Positions 7,978 through 15,614 of a DNA stretch of 25,143 nucleotides are shown in pieces. The translations under genes were made by a program, and so were the position numbers. The DNA lies in NCBI GenBank assembly GCA_035643555.1, contig DASQQH010000508.1, forward strand, positions 1 through 25,143, given 5' to 3'. This DNA comes from Acidimicrobiales bacterium (GTDB taxonomy: Bacteria > Actinomycetota > Acidimicrobiia > Acidimicrobiales > JAJPHD01). The notes under the pieces are model-generated. The model was not told where the DNA came from. It searched no databases and was given only the letters and a program-made list of their open reading frames with translations. Every line of letters starts with the position of its first letter. Within the stretch, counting starts at the first letter, position 1.

Positions 7978-8538
7978 GTGAACTGGCGGGTGGTCACCTA
8001 CCGCCTGTCCACCGAGGCGTCCCGTCACCGGGTGGCCATCTGGCGGGAGCTGCGCAAGGCCGGGGCGGTCTCCCTCCAGCAGGCCACCTGGGCCCTTCCC
8101 ACCGGGCAGGGCTTCGACGAGGCGGTCACCCGGGCCCGGGAGCTGGTCGAGCGGGCCGACGGGCAGCTCCTGGTGTTCGACGTGGTTCCCGATCAGCAGA
8201 GCGCGTCGGCCCTGGAGGCCCTCTTCACCGTGGAGCGGGAGGCCGAGTGGGCCGAGTTCCTGAGCGAGTGCACCAAGTTCGAGGCGGAGGTGGCCAAGGA
8301 GATCGAGATCCAGAAGCTCACCCTGGCCGAGCTGGAGGAGGAGGAGCACAGCTACGACCGCCTGCGCCGGTGGTTCCGGGAGCTGCGGGGACGGGACCTG
8401 TTCCGCTCCCCCTCCGCCGAGGTGGCCGAGCGGCGGCTGAAGGACTGCGGGGAGGTGGTCGAGGACTTCGGCGAGCGGGTCTTCGCCGCCCGGGAACAGC
8501 CCCGATCGCCCGCTTCCGACCGGACGCCACCGACCTGA
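7978..8538 (+). CDS. chrB: ChrB N-terminal-domain protein (chromate-resistance regulator family)
   Basis: WRVVTYRLSTEASRHRVAIWRELRKAGAVSLQQATWALP and EREAEWAEFLSECTKFEAEV..LEEEEHSYDRLRRWF match the ChrB-N pattern. SD GGAGG lies immediately before the GTG. There is no C-terminal rhodanese-like ChrB domain. Confidence 0.8.
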   Translation: MNWRVVTYRLSTEASRHRVAIWRELRKAGAVSLQQATWALPTGQGFDEAVTRARELVERADGQLLVFDVVPDQQSASALEALFTVEREAEWAEFLSECTKFEAEVAKEIEIQKLTLAELEEEEHSYDRLRRWFRELRGRDLFRSPSAEVAERRLKDCGEVVEDFGERVFAAREQPRSPASDRTPPT

Positions 8539-8879
8539 CGGGCGCCCGGCCATGTCGATGACCACCTCGTGGTCCAACGGCGGCCTTGGCAGTGGCCGCT
8601 CGTCCCCTGGCGCTGGACGCCGGGGCGCCTGCCATGGTCGCGTCGCCGTCGTGGTGCGTTCCGCCTCCACGGCCCGGCCGCCGGATGGTCGGGAGCCCGC
8701 GTGCTGCCTGCCATCGGGGCCCGGGCTGGGGTCGCTCGCCGCTGTGGCCGCGTGGTCCGGCTCGCCGACACCAGACGACCGGGCGCTTCCGTCGACCGAG
8801 CGCCCGTGGTAGTCCTGTCTCGGAGCGCGGCCGGTGGTCGTGGACGGTTACGCCTGAGGGAGTGGTTGCGCTGGTCGGC

Positions 8880-9452
8880 GTGAACGAGCCCGGGCCCGAG
8901 CGGCCAGGAGCGGCCATCGGGGCGGTGCTGCGGTGCCTGGTCACGAGCTTCCGCCTGCTGGCCGAGCGCCGGATCCACCTCCGGCCCGAGTTCGTGGGTC
9001 GTCGCCTCGGCTTCGCCGACGGGACCTCGGCCACGGTCTACCGGGAGACCGTTGTCGACCGGGGCAGGGTCGACGAGCCCGCCTTCCTGGCGGTCGCGTT
9101 CCAGTTGCGTCTGGTGCGGGGCGCCTTCCTGCACTGGCTGTTCCGGCGGGAGAGCCTTCTGAACACGCCGTTGTTCGTCGGGTTTCCCGGGTTCGTTTCC
9201 AAGCTCTGGGTGGCCCACGATGAGCGCGGCGTCTACCGGGGTCTCTACCAGTGGGACGGGCCTGACCGGGCGGTGCACTACGCGCGCTGTCTCTGGTGGG
9301 TCCTGGCCCTGGTGTGTCGGCCGGAGTCGATCCGCTACCAGGTGCTGCCCGGTGGATGGCGGGACGAGGTGGTGGAGACGCCGGGCCGGTTGCTCGAGGA
9401 GCCACGGCACCCGACGGCGCCCTGGTGGTGGCCTGCAGATCCCCGGTCTTGA
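8880..9452 (+). CDS. Conserved hypothetical protein with YdhR-like (putative monooxygenase, alpha+beta barrel) C-terminal part
   Basis: FPGFVSKLWVAHDERGVYRGLYQWDGPDRAVHYA resembles the YdhR pattern. Protein-like composition begins near GTG 8862/8880; the track ORF from 8586 looks over-extended. Confidence 0.7.
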   Translation: MNEPGPERPGAAIGAVLRCLVTSFRLLAERRIHLRPEFVGRRLGFADGTSATVYRETVVDRGRVDEPAFLAVAFQLRLVRGAFLHWLFRRESLLNTPLFVGFPGFVSKLWVAHDERGVYRGLYQWDGPDRAVHYARCLWWVLALVCRPESIRYQVLPGGWRDEVVETPGRLLEEPRHPTAPWWWPADPRS

Positions 9453-9457
9453 CCCGT

Positions 9458-9475
9458 CCCCCGCTCGAGCGGGGG
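9458..9475. terminator. Perfect 18-bp palindrome just after the stop at 9452 (possible terminator hairpin)
   Basis: CCCCCGCTC|GAGCGGGGG; no U-tract. Confidence 0.45.
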
Positions 9476-9629
9476 CCATCCGCCCACCTGGCTGCCACGT
9501 CGGGCGTCACGGGCCGTCGGTGACCTGTGGCCCTCGTCGGGGCGGCCGGTGCTCCCGCCCGTCAACAAGGGGGTGCACGGTGCCCGGTCGACTGGGCCGC
9601 CCGGGGACGGAGGGGGCCGGGGTCCGGCG

Positions 9630-10020
9630 GCGGCCGCCGACAGGCGGCAGAAGGCGCACACCTCGGCGGTGGTCGGCGCCCCGCAGCGTGTGCAGGGGGA
9701 CAGCTCCTCGCGCTCCAGGGCCGCCTCGGGGGGAACGCGGGTCACCCCCGCTCGAGGAACCCCCGGTAGAAGGCGGCCCTGGAGCCCGGCGAGGCCTGCT
9801 CCCAGGGTTGAGCGCCTGGTTGTACCGCAGATGGCGGTTGCCGGTGGCCATCGGGCGCTCCTCCACGACGTCGTCGACGCCCCGGAGGACGCGGTAGGCC
9901 GCGGTCTCCCGGTCCCCAGGCGCACAGGGGTTTGACCTTTTTGGGGAAGCCGTTGGCCGCGGGCAGGACCGGTCGCTGGCGACCCAGGTGGTCGGTCGCC
10001 CGTCGCAGCACGTTGCCGAG
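9630..10020 (-). pseudogene. Frameshifted C-terminal relic of a TtuA/TtcA-family tRNA thiolation (PP-loop) protein
   Basis: Fragments across frames: LGNVLRRATDHLGRQRPVLPAANGFPKKVKPL / RETAAYRVLRGVDDVVEERPMATGNRHL / EQASPGSRAAFYRGFLER / CTRCGAPTTAEVCAFCRL (C-terminal zinc finger). The N-terminal PP-loop is absent. Confidence 0.8.
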
Positions 10021-10156
10021 GCTGCCGACCACCGGCCACACCGTGGTCCGACCCCGTCGATCGATCGGCGCCGGCGCCGACGTTCCCCGTGGCGATCCCG
10101 CTGCGGCGGGGTGGGATCGCTTGACCCCGTGGGCGGCCACCGGCACACTCGCCAGG

Positions 10157-10705
10157 GTGACGGCGGCCGAAGGGCCCGTGCCGGTCCTCCGCTTCCGAGA
10201 GATGCGCCTCGGCGATCTCGGGCTGGTGACCGAGTGGCTCGACAGGCCCCACGTCGCCCGGTGGTATCTGGCCGGTTCCTCCGTCGGGCGGGAGACAGCC
10301 GAGCTCCGGGAGAGCATCGTCGGCACAGGGGCGGTCCATGCGCTGATCGTCGCCGAGATGGATCGCCCCGTCGGCTGGTGCCAGTGGTACCGCTGCGGCG
10401 ACGACCCGGAGTGGGCGTTCGAGGTCGGCGCCGAGCCGGGCGACGTCGGCATCGACTATGCCATCGGGGAGCCACATCGGATCGGCAGGGGCGTTGGAAC
10501 GGCGCTGGTTGCCGGCGTCGTCCGGATCATTCGCCGGCAGCGTCCGTCTGTCGGTGTGGTGGCGACCCCCGATGGGCGCAACATCGCGTCCCGGCGAGTG
10601 CTGGAGAAGAACGGGTTCCAGCTCCTCGGGGTGCGAGCTCTCTCGTCCGAGCCCACCGACGATGACATGGCCATCTACCGTCTGCCCCCCCCGGCCGGCC
10701 CCTAA
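10157..10705 (+). CDS. GNAT N-acetyltransferase (Acetyltransf_8 / AAC(6')-like fold)
   Basis: WLDRPHVARWY, VGWCQWY, VGIDYAIGEPHRIGRGVGTALV and NIASRRVLEKNGF. CACACT 7 nt before GTG 10157 fits a leaderless start. Confidence 0.85.
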   Translation: MTAAEGPVPVLRFREMRLGDLGLVTEWLDRPHVARWYLAGSSVGRETAELRESIVGTGAVHALIVAEMDRPVGWCQWYRCGDDPEWAFEVGAEPGDVGIDYAIGEPHRIGRGVGTALVAGVVRIIRRQRPSVGVVATPDGRNIASRRVLEKNGFQLLGVRALSSEPTDDDMAIYRLPPPAGP

Positions 10706-10715
10706 CGGACGCGCG

Positions 10716-11735
10716 CTACGGCGGTGGCTGCTCAGCGACCGGCTCAGCGGCCGCGTACCGGGCCAGGAGCCGCCGCCCGATGCGGGCCAGCTCGTTCCGC
10801 ACGGCAGCCGGGCTGAGGACCTCCACGTCCTCGCCGAGGGTGGCCAGTTCGGCGGCGGCGAGCTCCGGCGTGGGGAACCGGATCACGACCACCTCCCGTC
10901 CGTCGCCCCCGGTGCCGACCTCGTCGATCGGCCACCAGGCCCCGATGACCTCCAATCTGCGACGGCCGGCGGGGGTGACCGCCACCTCTGTGGCCACCGG
11001 CGTTGGAGTGCGTCGGGACAATCCCAGCTGCACGTCGGCCCACACGCGGGCCAGGTCGAAGCCGGCCGGGCGTTCGGCGGTCTCGTCGGTGACCGTCACG
11101 GCCCGGACCCGGGACAGGCGATAGGTGCGCAGCCCCGTCGGTCCCCCGGCGAGCAGGTACCACACCCCCCGCTTGCAGACCAGCCCGTAGGGATGGAGCC
11201 GGCGGTCCTCTGCGGGCCGGCCGGGCGGCTCGTAGCGAAGCACGACCTGGCGGCCGTCGCAGACAGCTCGGCGCAGGGCCTCGAGGTGGGCGCCGTCCGC
11301 GCCGGCCCCGTGGTCCCGGGTCGGCGGCGTCGGGCCCCAGCGCGAGCTGTCCACGAGTATCGCCGACCCGGCGGCGGTCGCGTGGGCCCGCAGAGGTTCG
11401 GGGAGCGCGGCCAGGAGCTTTCGTCTGACCGCCGCCAGACCCTGTCCCACCTCCTGGCCCAGCTCACCCGTGGCACCAGGGGCCGTCGCCAGGAACAACG
11501 CCCGGGCCTCGTCCGTCGTCAACCCGCTGAGGTCGACACGGTGGCCGCCGAGGAGCTCCCACCCGCCGTTTCTCCCCCGTTGGGCGTACACGGGCACACC
11601 GGCCGCGCACAGGGCATCGAGATCACGGCGGATCGTGCGCTCCGAGGTCTCCAGCCGCTCGGCCAGATCGGTGGCGGTGAGCCGCCCGTGCACCTGGAGC
11701 AGCAGGACGATGGCCACGAGCCGATCGGCACGCAC
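10716..11735 (-). CDS. WYL-domain HTH transcriptional regulator (YafY family)
   Basis: MRADRLVAIVLLLQVHGRLTATDLAERLETSERTIRRDLDAL (HTH), LHPYGLVCKRGVWYLLA and RTYRLSRV (WYL), plus a WCX-like C-terminus. The start is placed at GTG 11735. Confidence 0.92.
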   Translation of the reverse strand: MRADRLVAIVLLLQVHGRLTATDLAERLETSERTIRRDLDALCAAGVPVYAQRGRNGGWELLGGHRVDLSGLTTDEARALFLATAPGATGELGQEVGQGLAAVRRKLLAALPEPLRAHATAAGSAILVDSSRWGPTPPTRDHGAGADGAHLEALRRAVCDGRQVVLRYEPPGRPAEDRRLHPYGLVCKRGVWYLLAGGPTGLRTYRLSRVRAVTVTDETAERPAGFDLARVWADVQLGLSRRTPTPVATEVAVTPAGRRRLEVIGAWWPIDEVGTGGDGREVVVIRFPTPELAAAELATLGEDVEVLSPAAVRNELARIGRRLLARYAAAEPVAEQPPP

Positions 11736-11754
11736 GGGTGAGAAGCGTACCGAG

Positions 11755-11779
11755 AAACCGGACACGGGGTGGCCTGTTT
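11755..11779. promoter_or_regulatory. Imperfect inverted repeat (10-5-10), candidate WYL-regulator operator
   Basis: AAACCGGACA-CGGGG-TGGCCTGTTT has 8/10 complementary positions. It lies between divergent starts, just upstream of a CATCAT -10-like hexamer (11787-11792). Confidence 0.5.
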
Positions 11780-11836
11780 CCGGGCGCATCATGTCGCTAG
11801 CGGTCCGATGACCGATCCTCCAGGAAGGAAGAAACG

Positions 11837-12430
11837 ATGACCATTCGAGATGCTCGCTCGGCCCTCTACGCCGCCTACCGGCTCGCCGCGGACGTGGCCA
11901 GCCGGATCCGCTCGACCCAGCTCGAGCTGGCGACCCCGTGCCCCGCGTTCGACGTGGCCGCCCTGGTCGACCACCTGGTTGGTGCCGGCGAGCGAGCGGT
12001 GGCCCTGGGGCGGGGTGAGACGCCGACCGGGGAGGACTTCCCCCATGTGGCGTTGGCGGAGGCCCCCGACCACCTCCGCCGGGCCGGACGGGACGCAGCG
12101 GCCGCGTGGGCCGACGACGGTCGTCTGGCGGCCACCATCACGATGCCCTGGGGCGAGAGCTACACCGGGAGCGATCTGGTGGACATGTACCTGGCCGAAC
12201 TGGCGACCCACGCCTGGGATCTGGCGACCGCCACGAACCAGCACCTCGGCGACGAGGAGCTCGCCGCCACCGCCCTGGAGGCGGCGCGGGCCATTGTGCG
12301 TCCCGAGTACCGCAACCTGGCCGGTGAGGGGTCGCCGTTCGGTTCGGAGGTCGAGGCGCCGGCTGGGGCCACCGCCTGGGAGCGCCTGGCTGCGTTCATG
12401 GGTCGTCCCCCCAGGAGGGTCCTCGTCTGA
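11837..12430 (+). CDS. TIGR03086 family metal-binding protein (DinB / mycothiol-dependent isomerase-like superfamily)
   Basis: ATPCPAFDVAALVDHLV, ELATHAWDLATAT and PFGSEVEAPAGATAWERLAAFMGR; purine-rich SD AGGAAGGAAG. Confidence 0.9.
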   Translation: MTIRDARSALYAAYRLAADVASRIRSTQLELATPCPAFDVAALVDHLVGAGERAVALGRGETPTGEDFPHVALAEAPDHLRRAGRDAAAAWADDGRLAATITMPWGESYTGSDLVDMYLAELATHAWDLATATNQHLGDEELAATALEAARAIVRPEYRNLAGEGSPFGSEVEAPAGATAWERLAAFMGRPPRRVLV

Positions 12431-12453
12431 GCGGTGCCTCCCCCTGGCGGCCC

Positions 12454-12484
12454 ACCGGGGGCAGGGCCGACCCCTGCCCCCGGT
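12454..12484 (+). terminator. Perfect 13-bp GC hairpin after TIGR03086 (likely intrinsic terminator without U-tract)
   Basis: ACCGGGGGCAGGG-CCGAC-CCCTGCCCCCGGT, 23 nt after the stop. Confidence 0.6.
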
Positions 12485-12946
12485 CAGGGTCTTGTCCCAT
12501 GGGCACCAGGAGGTGCCCCGGCGTGCGGCCGACCTGGCGGCCGGTGGCCTCGGGGGCCCGGGGACCGGCGAGTGTGGGCCACCTCCGACTGTCTCCGATT
12601 CCCGGAAGGCCCCCGTCCCGGGAACCCGGCGCAGCTCCGAGTGGACCCGTCCGCGGGAGGGTCGCCACGGTCTCGCAAGGACGACCGCGCACGGGGCCGG
12701 GTTGCCCGACAGCGCGGTCACGCCGTACCGGGCATGTCGCGCGGGGCCAACCCGCCGGCAACTGGCGCCGGGTCCCCTCCCCTCCGGGTGCGTGGCGACC
12801 TGGCGTGGTCCTCGTTGCGGGAACCTCCCGGGTGAGCGAGCGATCACGGAGGGTGTGCGGCGCCCGCACCCTCCGGCCGCTCGTCGGCCCCGTGCCCACC
12901 GCGGCGGAGAGGGCGACGCCTCGGGCCGCCGGCGAGCGGGCCTACT

Positions 12947-13789
12947 GTGAGGGCCGTGGCATCGTCGTGGGCAGCGGAGGCGGCCAGCGCTATTCGATGG
13001 TTCGAGGACGAGCTGGCCCGTCGGTCGGCGACGTCGGTGGTGGACACCAGCGCCGGCTTCACCGTGCTCGACGCCGCCAACCCCCGTGTGTATGAGCACA
13101 ACCGTCTGGTCGTCACCCGGTGGGCGCCGGCGGGCGCGGTCCTGGGGGAGGCGGAAGAGGTCCTGGGGGAGGCCGGCCTCGGCCACCGACGCATCGATGT
13201 GATGGACACCTCCCTTGTGCCCGCCCTCACCGGACCCCTGCTGGCGGGCGACTACGACCTGCAGATCCTGGCGGTGATGGTTTGGGGCGGCCCGGCGCCC
13301 GAGCGGGATGGGGCCTCCGTGGAGGAGGTCGGGCTTGCTGAGGCGCAGGCCGTCACCGCCTCGGTATGGCGACGCCAGCTGCCCGGGGCGACCGAGGAGG
13401 TCGTCGCCCAGCTGGTGGGGCGCTTGTCGGTGGTCGAGGCGGCCTGTTCGGCCACACACCTGGCCGTGCGCCGAGAGGGCGAGGTGGTGGCGTCGTGCCA
13501 CCTGTACCGGCTCGGAACGGTCGCCGAGATCGATGCCGTGGCGACAGAGCCCGCCTGGCGTGGACAGGGCCTGGCGAGCGCCCTGGTGCTGGATGCGGTC
13601 GCCAGGGCGGTGGGCAGCGGGTGCGAGGTGGTGTTCCTCCGCGCCGACACCGGAGACTGGCCGCGGCGCCACTACGCCAGGCTGGGGTTCGTCGAGGTGG
13701 GCCGGGAGCACCAGTTCGTGCGCCCGGATCCGGCCAGCGATGTCGAGTCCCGCCCTGGGGAGGACGAGGGGCCAGCGCCCCGCAGCTGA
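12947..13789 (+). CDS. GNAT family N-acetyltransferase (C-terminal GNAT domain plus N-terminal extension)
   Basis: AEIDAVATEPAWRGQGLASALV and WPRRHYARLGF. The start may be GTG 12956 (TACTGT-N7-GTG). Confidence 0.85.
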   Translation: MRAVASSWAAEAASAIRWFEDELARRSATSVVDTSAGFTVLDAANPRVYEHNRLVVTRWAPAGAVLGEAEEVLGEAGLGHRRIDVMDTSLVPALTGPLLAGDYDLQILAVMVWGGPAPERDGASVEEVGLAEAQAVTASVWRRQLPGATEEVVAQLVGRLSVVEAACSATHLAVRREGEVVASCHLYRLGTVAEIDAVATEPAWRGQGLASALVLDAVARAVGSGCEVVFLRADTGDWPRRHYARLGFVEVGREHQFVRPDPASDVESRPGEDEGPAPRS

Positions 13790-14053
13790 GGGTGGTGCCG
13801 ATGACCGCCCCCGAGGGCGTGGTGGTGGCCACGCCGCCCACCTCGACTGGACTCGGGCGGACGCCGCCAGGCGCCGGACACCGGGTGGCCATCGCGGCAC
13901 CGGCGGAGGATGACGGGCCGGGCGCTCGGACCGTTGGGGTGCGGGCGGCGTCCGGCCCGGCCGGGGTCGACGCCCCTCGGGATCTCGACCGGGCGGGAGG
14001 GCCACAGCTAGGGTCGGGGCCGTGAGCAGCGCGAACGATCGTCGACAGCACGG

Positions 14054-14461
14054 GTGACCAGGCTCCACGCGGCGGCTCGCCTGGCACTGGCGTGGGTCTT
14101 CATCAGAGCCGGGTACGACGTGGTGCGTCGGCCCGAGAAGCCGGCGAGCACGGCCCGTCCGTTCCTGGCGGCGATCCGCTCCAGCTCGCCGGCCCCGGTT
14201 CCCGATGACGTGGCGGTCGTGCGCGCCAACGCCGCGGTGCAGATCGTGGCGGGGGCCATCCTCACCACCGGGCGCGTCCCGCGGGTCGCTGCCGGGCTCC
14301 TGGTGGCATCGCTGGTGCCGACCACCCTCGCCGGGCACGCCTTCTGGAACGTGGAGGAGCCCCTGCAGCGAGCGAACCAGCGCAACCACTTCAACAAGAA
14401 CCTCGGGTTGATCGGCGGGTTGCTGCTGATGATCGCCACGGGGAAGCGCCGAGTGGTGTGA
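14054..14461 (+). CDS. DoxX family membrane protein
   Basis: ARLALAWVFIRAG, SLVPTTLAGHAFW and HFNKNLGLIGGLLL. Confidence 0.88.
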   Translation: MTRLHAAARLALAWVFIRAGYDVVRRPEKPASTARPFLAAIRSSSPAPVPDDVAVVRANAAVQIVAGAILTTGRVPRVAAGLLVASLVPTTLAGHAFWNVEEPLQRANQRNHFNKNLGLIGGLLLMIATGKRRVV

Positions 14462-15142
14462 TCCCGGGGTCCGGCGCCATGAGCCCTCAGATGGCCGGTG
14501 GCGTTGCGGGGGGAGGGCTCGGGGATGGCGGACCACAGGTGCGGGGGATAGCCGACAGGCCAGGTCGTGGCTCGGCGCCCCGGATGTGCCACGGTCGCAG
14601 CGACTGGCGGGTCCGTCACCCGGCGAGGGCCCGAGCCGACCGGTGTGGGTGGCGCCCTCTCCCGCCTTGAGCCCCTGGCCACCCGAGGGCAGCCGATGTC
14701 AGCCCGGAGGACGAGGCGGGTATCGGCCGGGCTCTCCCGGGTCCCGGGCGCGGTGGCGACGGGCGGTGAGCCGCCCCCCGCCCGTGCCCCGGCCGTGGCC
14801 CCGCCGACCCCCCTTCCGGCGGAGGAGCCAGAACGGCGACGGAACGTGGCGGGGCCTCGACCCGAGAGCTCGGCCGGGCCGGTGTGGCCCAGGCCGCGAC
14901 CACGAGGTCCTCGATGGGCACCGGTGGCCCCCGCGACACCACGTCCCGGGTCTCCCCGACCCTCGTGACGGCCAGGCCCCCACGAGCGGCGGCGACGTCC
15001 CTCTCGGCTGACACCAGGCGCCGGCGGTTCGTCCCCGTCCTTGTCGCCAGCCCGGTACGGCCCACCACCACGGGGTCCGGTGGGCGGTCGCCAACCCGAG
15101 GGAGGCCCGGGCGGGTGACCGCCGAGGCACCCGTTTGCCCGC

Positions 15143-15436
15143 TCAGCCCCGCCCACGTTGCGCCAGGCGCACCAGGCGACCCACGTTGACGGTCCAGCCC
15201 ACACCGAAGGCGTGGGGCACCAGGATCCTCGGGTCGTCGGGAGACCAGACGGCGGCACGGAACCGGTGGAAGGTCGGCCGCCGCAGGTCGTAGGGCACGG
15301 TGCCGGCCACCTTGCCGACCCATTGCCGGTCGCTGGCCGGCTTGCGGAGCTCCTCGGCCACCGCCCCTGCCACCAGACCCAGTGCCACCACCAAGGAGAT
15401 GACCCGGGTCACGCGTCGTTGCCGTCTCACGCCCAT
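15143..15436 (-). CDS. Small membrane-anchored DUF5808-domain protein
   Basis: N-terminal hydrophobic helix, then VPYDLRRPT and WSPDDPRILVPHAFGVGWTVNVGRL. Confidence 0.75.
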   Translation of the reverse strand: MGVRRQRRVTRVISLVVALGLVAGAVAEELRKPASDRQWVGKVAGTVPYDLRRPTFHRFRAAVWSPDDPRILVPHAFGVGWTVNVGRLVRLAQRGRG

Positions 15437-15614
15437 GACAAGACTCCACGTCGATCACGCTGCCGTTCCCATCGTGGCCCTGCGGAGGGGCCACTGCCAC
15501 ACCGGGGGCCCGCCGGGCGCGGCGGCGTCCTTGCCGGCAACGGGGGCGGGCTGGTCGACATCGTGGCCCCGTCGCAGGTCGCGGCGCCCACCCATCTGGA
15601 AGGATGAGGAAGCT

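Noticed and set aside
7978-8538. CRISPR-associated Cas2 call
   Set aside because: There is no catalytic Asp, no cas1 and no repeat-spacer array; the rest of the protein fits ChrB-N.
8569-8883. Trp-rich small ORF (RRPWQWPLVPWRWTPGRLPW)
   Set aside because: It has no SD or promoter support and the remainder is low-complexity Arg/Ala/Gly. There is no adjacent trp operon to make it an attenuator peptide.
10157-10705. Aminoglycoside resistance gene aac(6') call
   Set aside because: The fold-level resemblance is shared with siderophore and lysine acyltransferases; substrate cannot be assigned from motifs.
13801-14025. 74-aa ORF starting 11 nt after the GNAT stop
   Set aside because: Pro/Gly/Ala-rich with no motif or clear SD; not supportable as a gene.
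11789-14536. 915-aa minus-strand ORF, and similar long ORFs (4081-5961, 9335-10477, 14616-15818, 23120-24688)
   Set aside because: They are Arg/Pro/Gly-rich, carry no motifs and overlap well-supported genes in another frame or strand, as expected for shadow frames in high-GC DNA.
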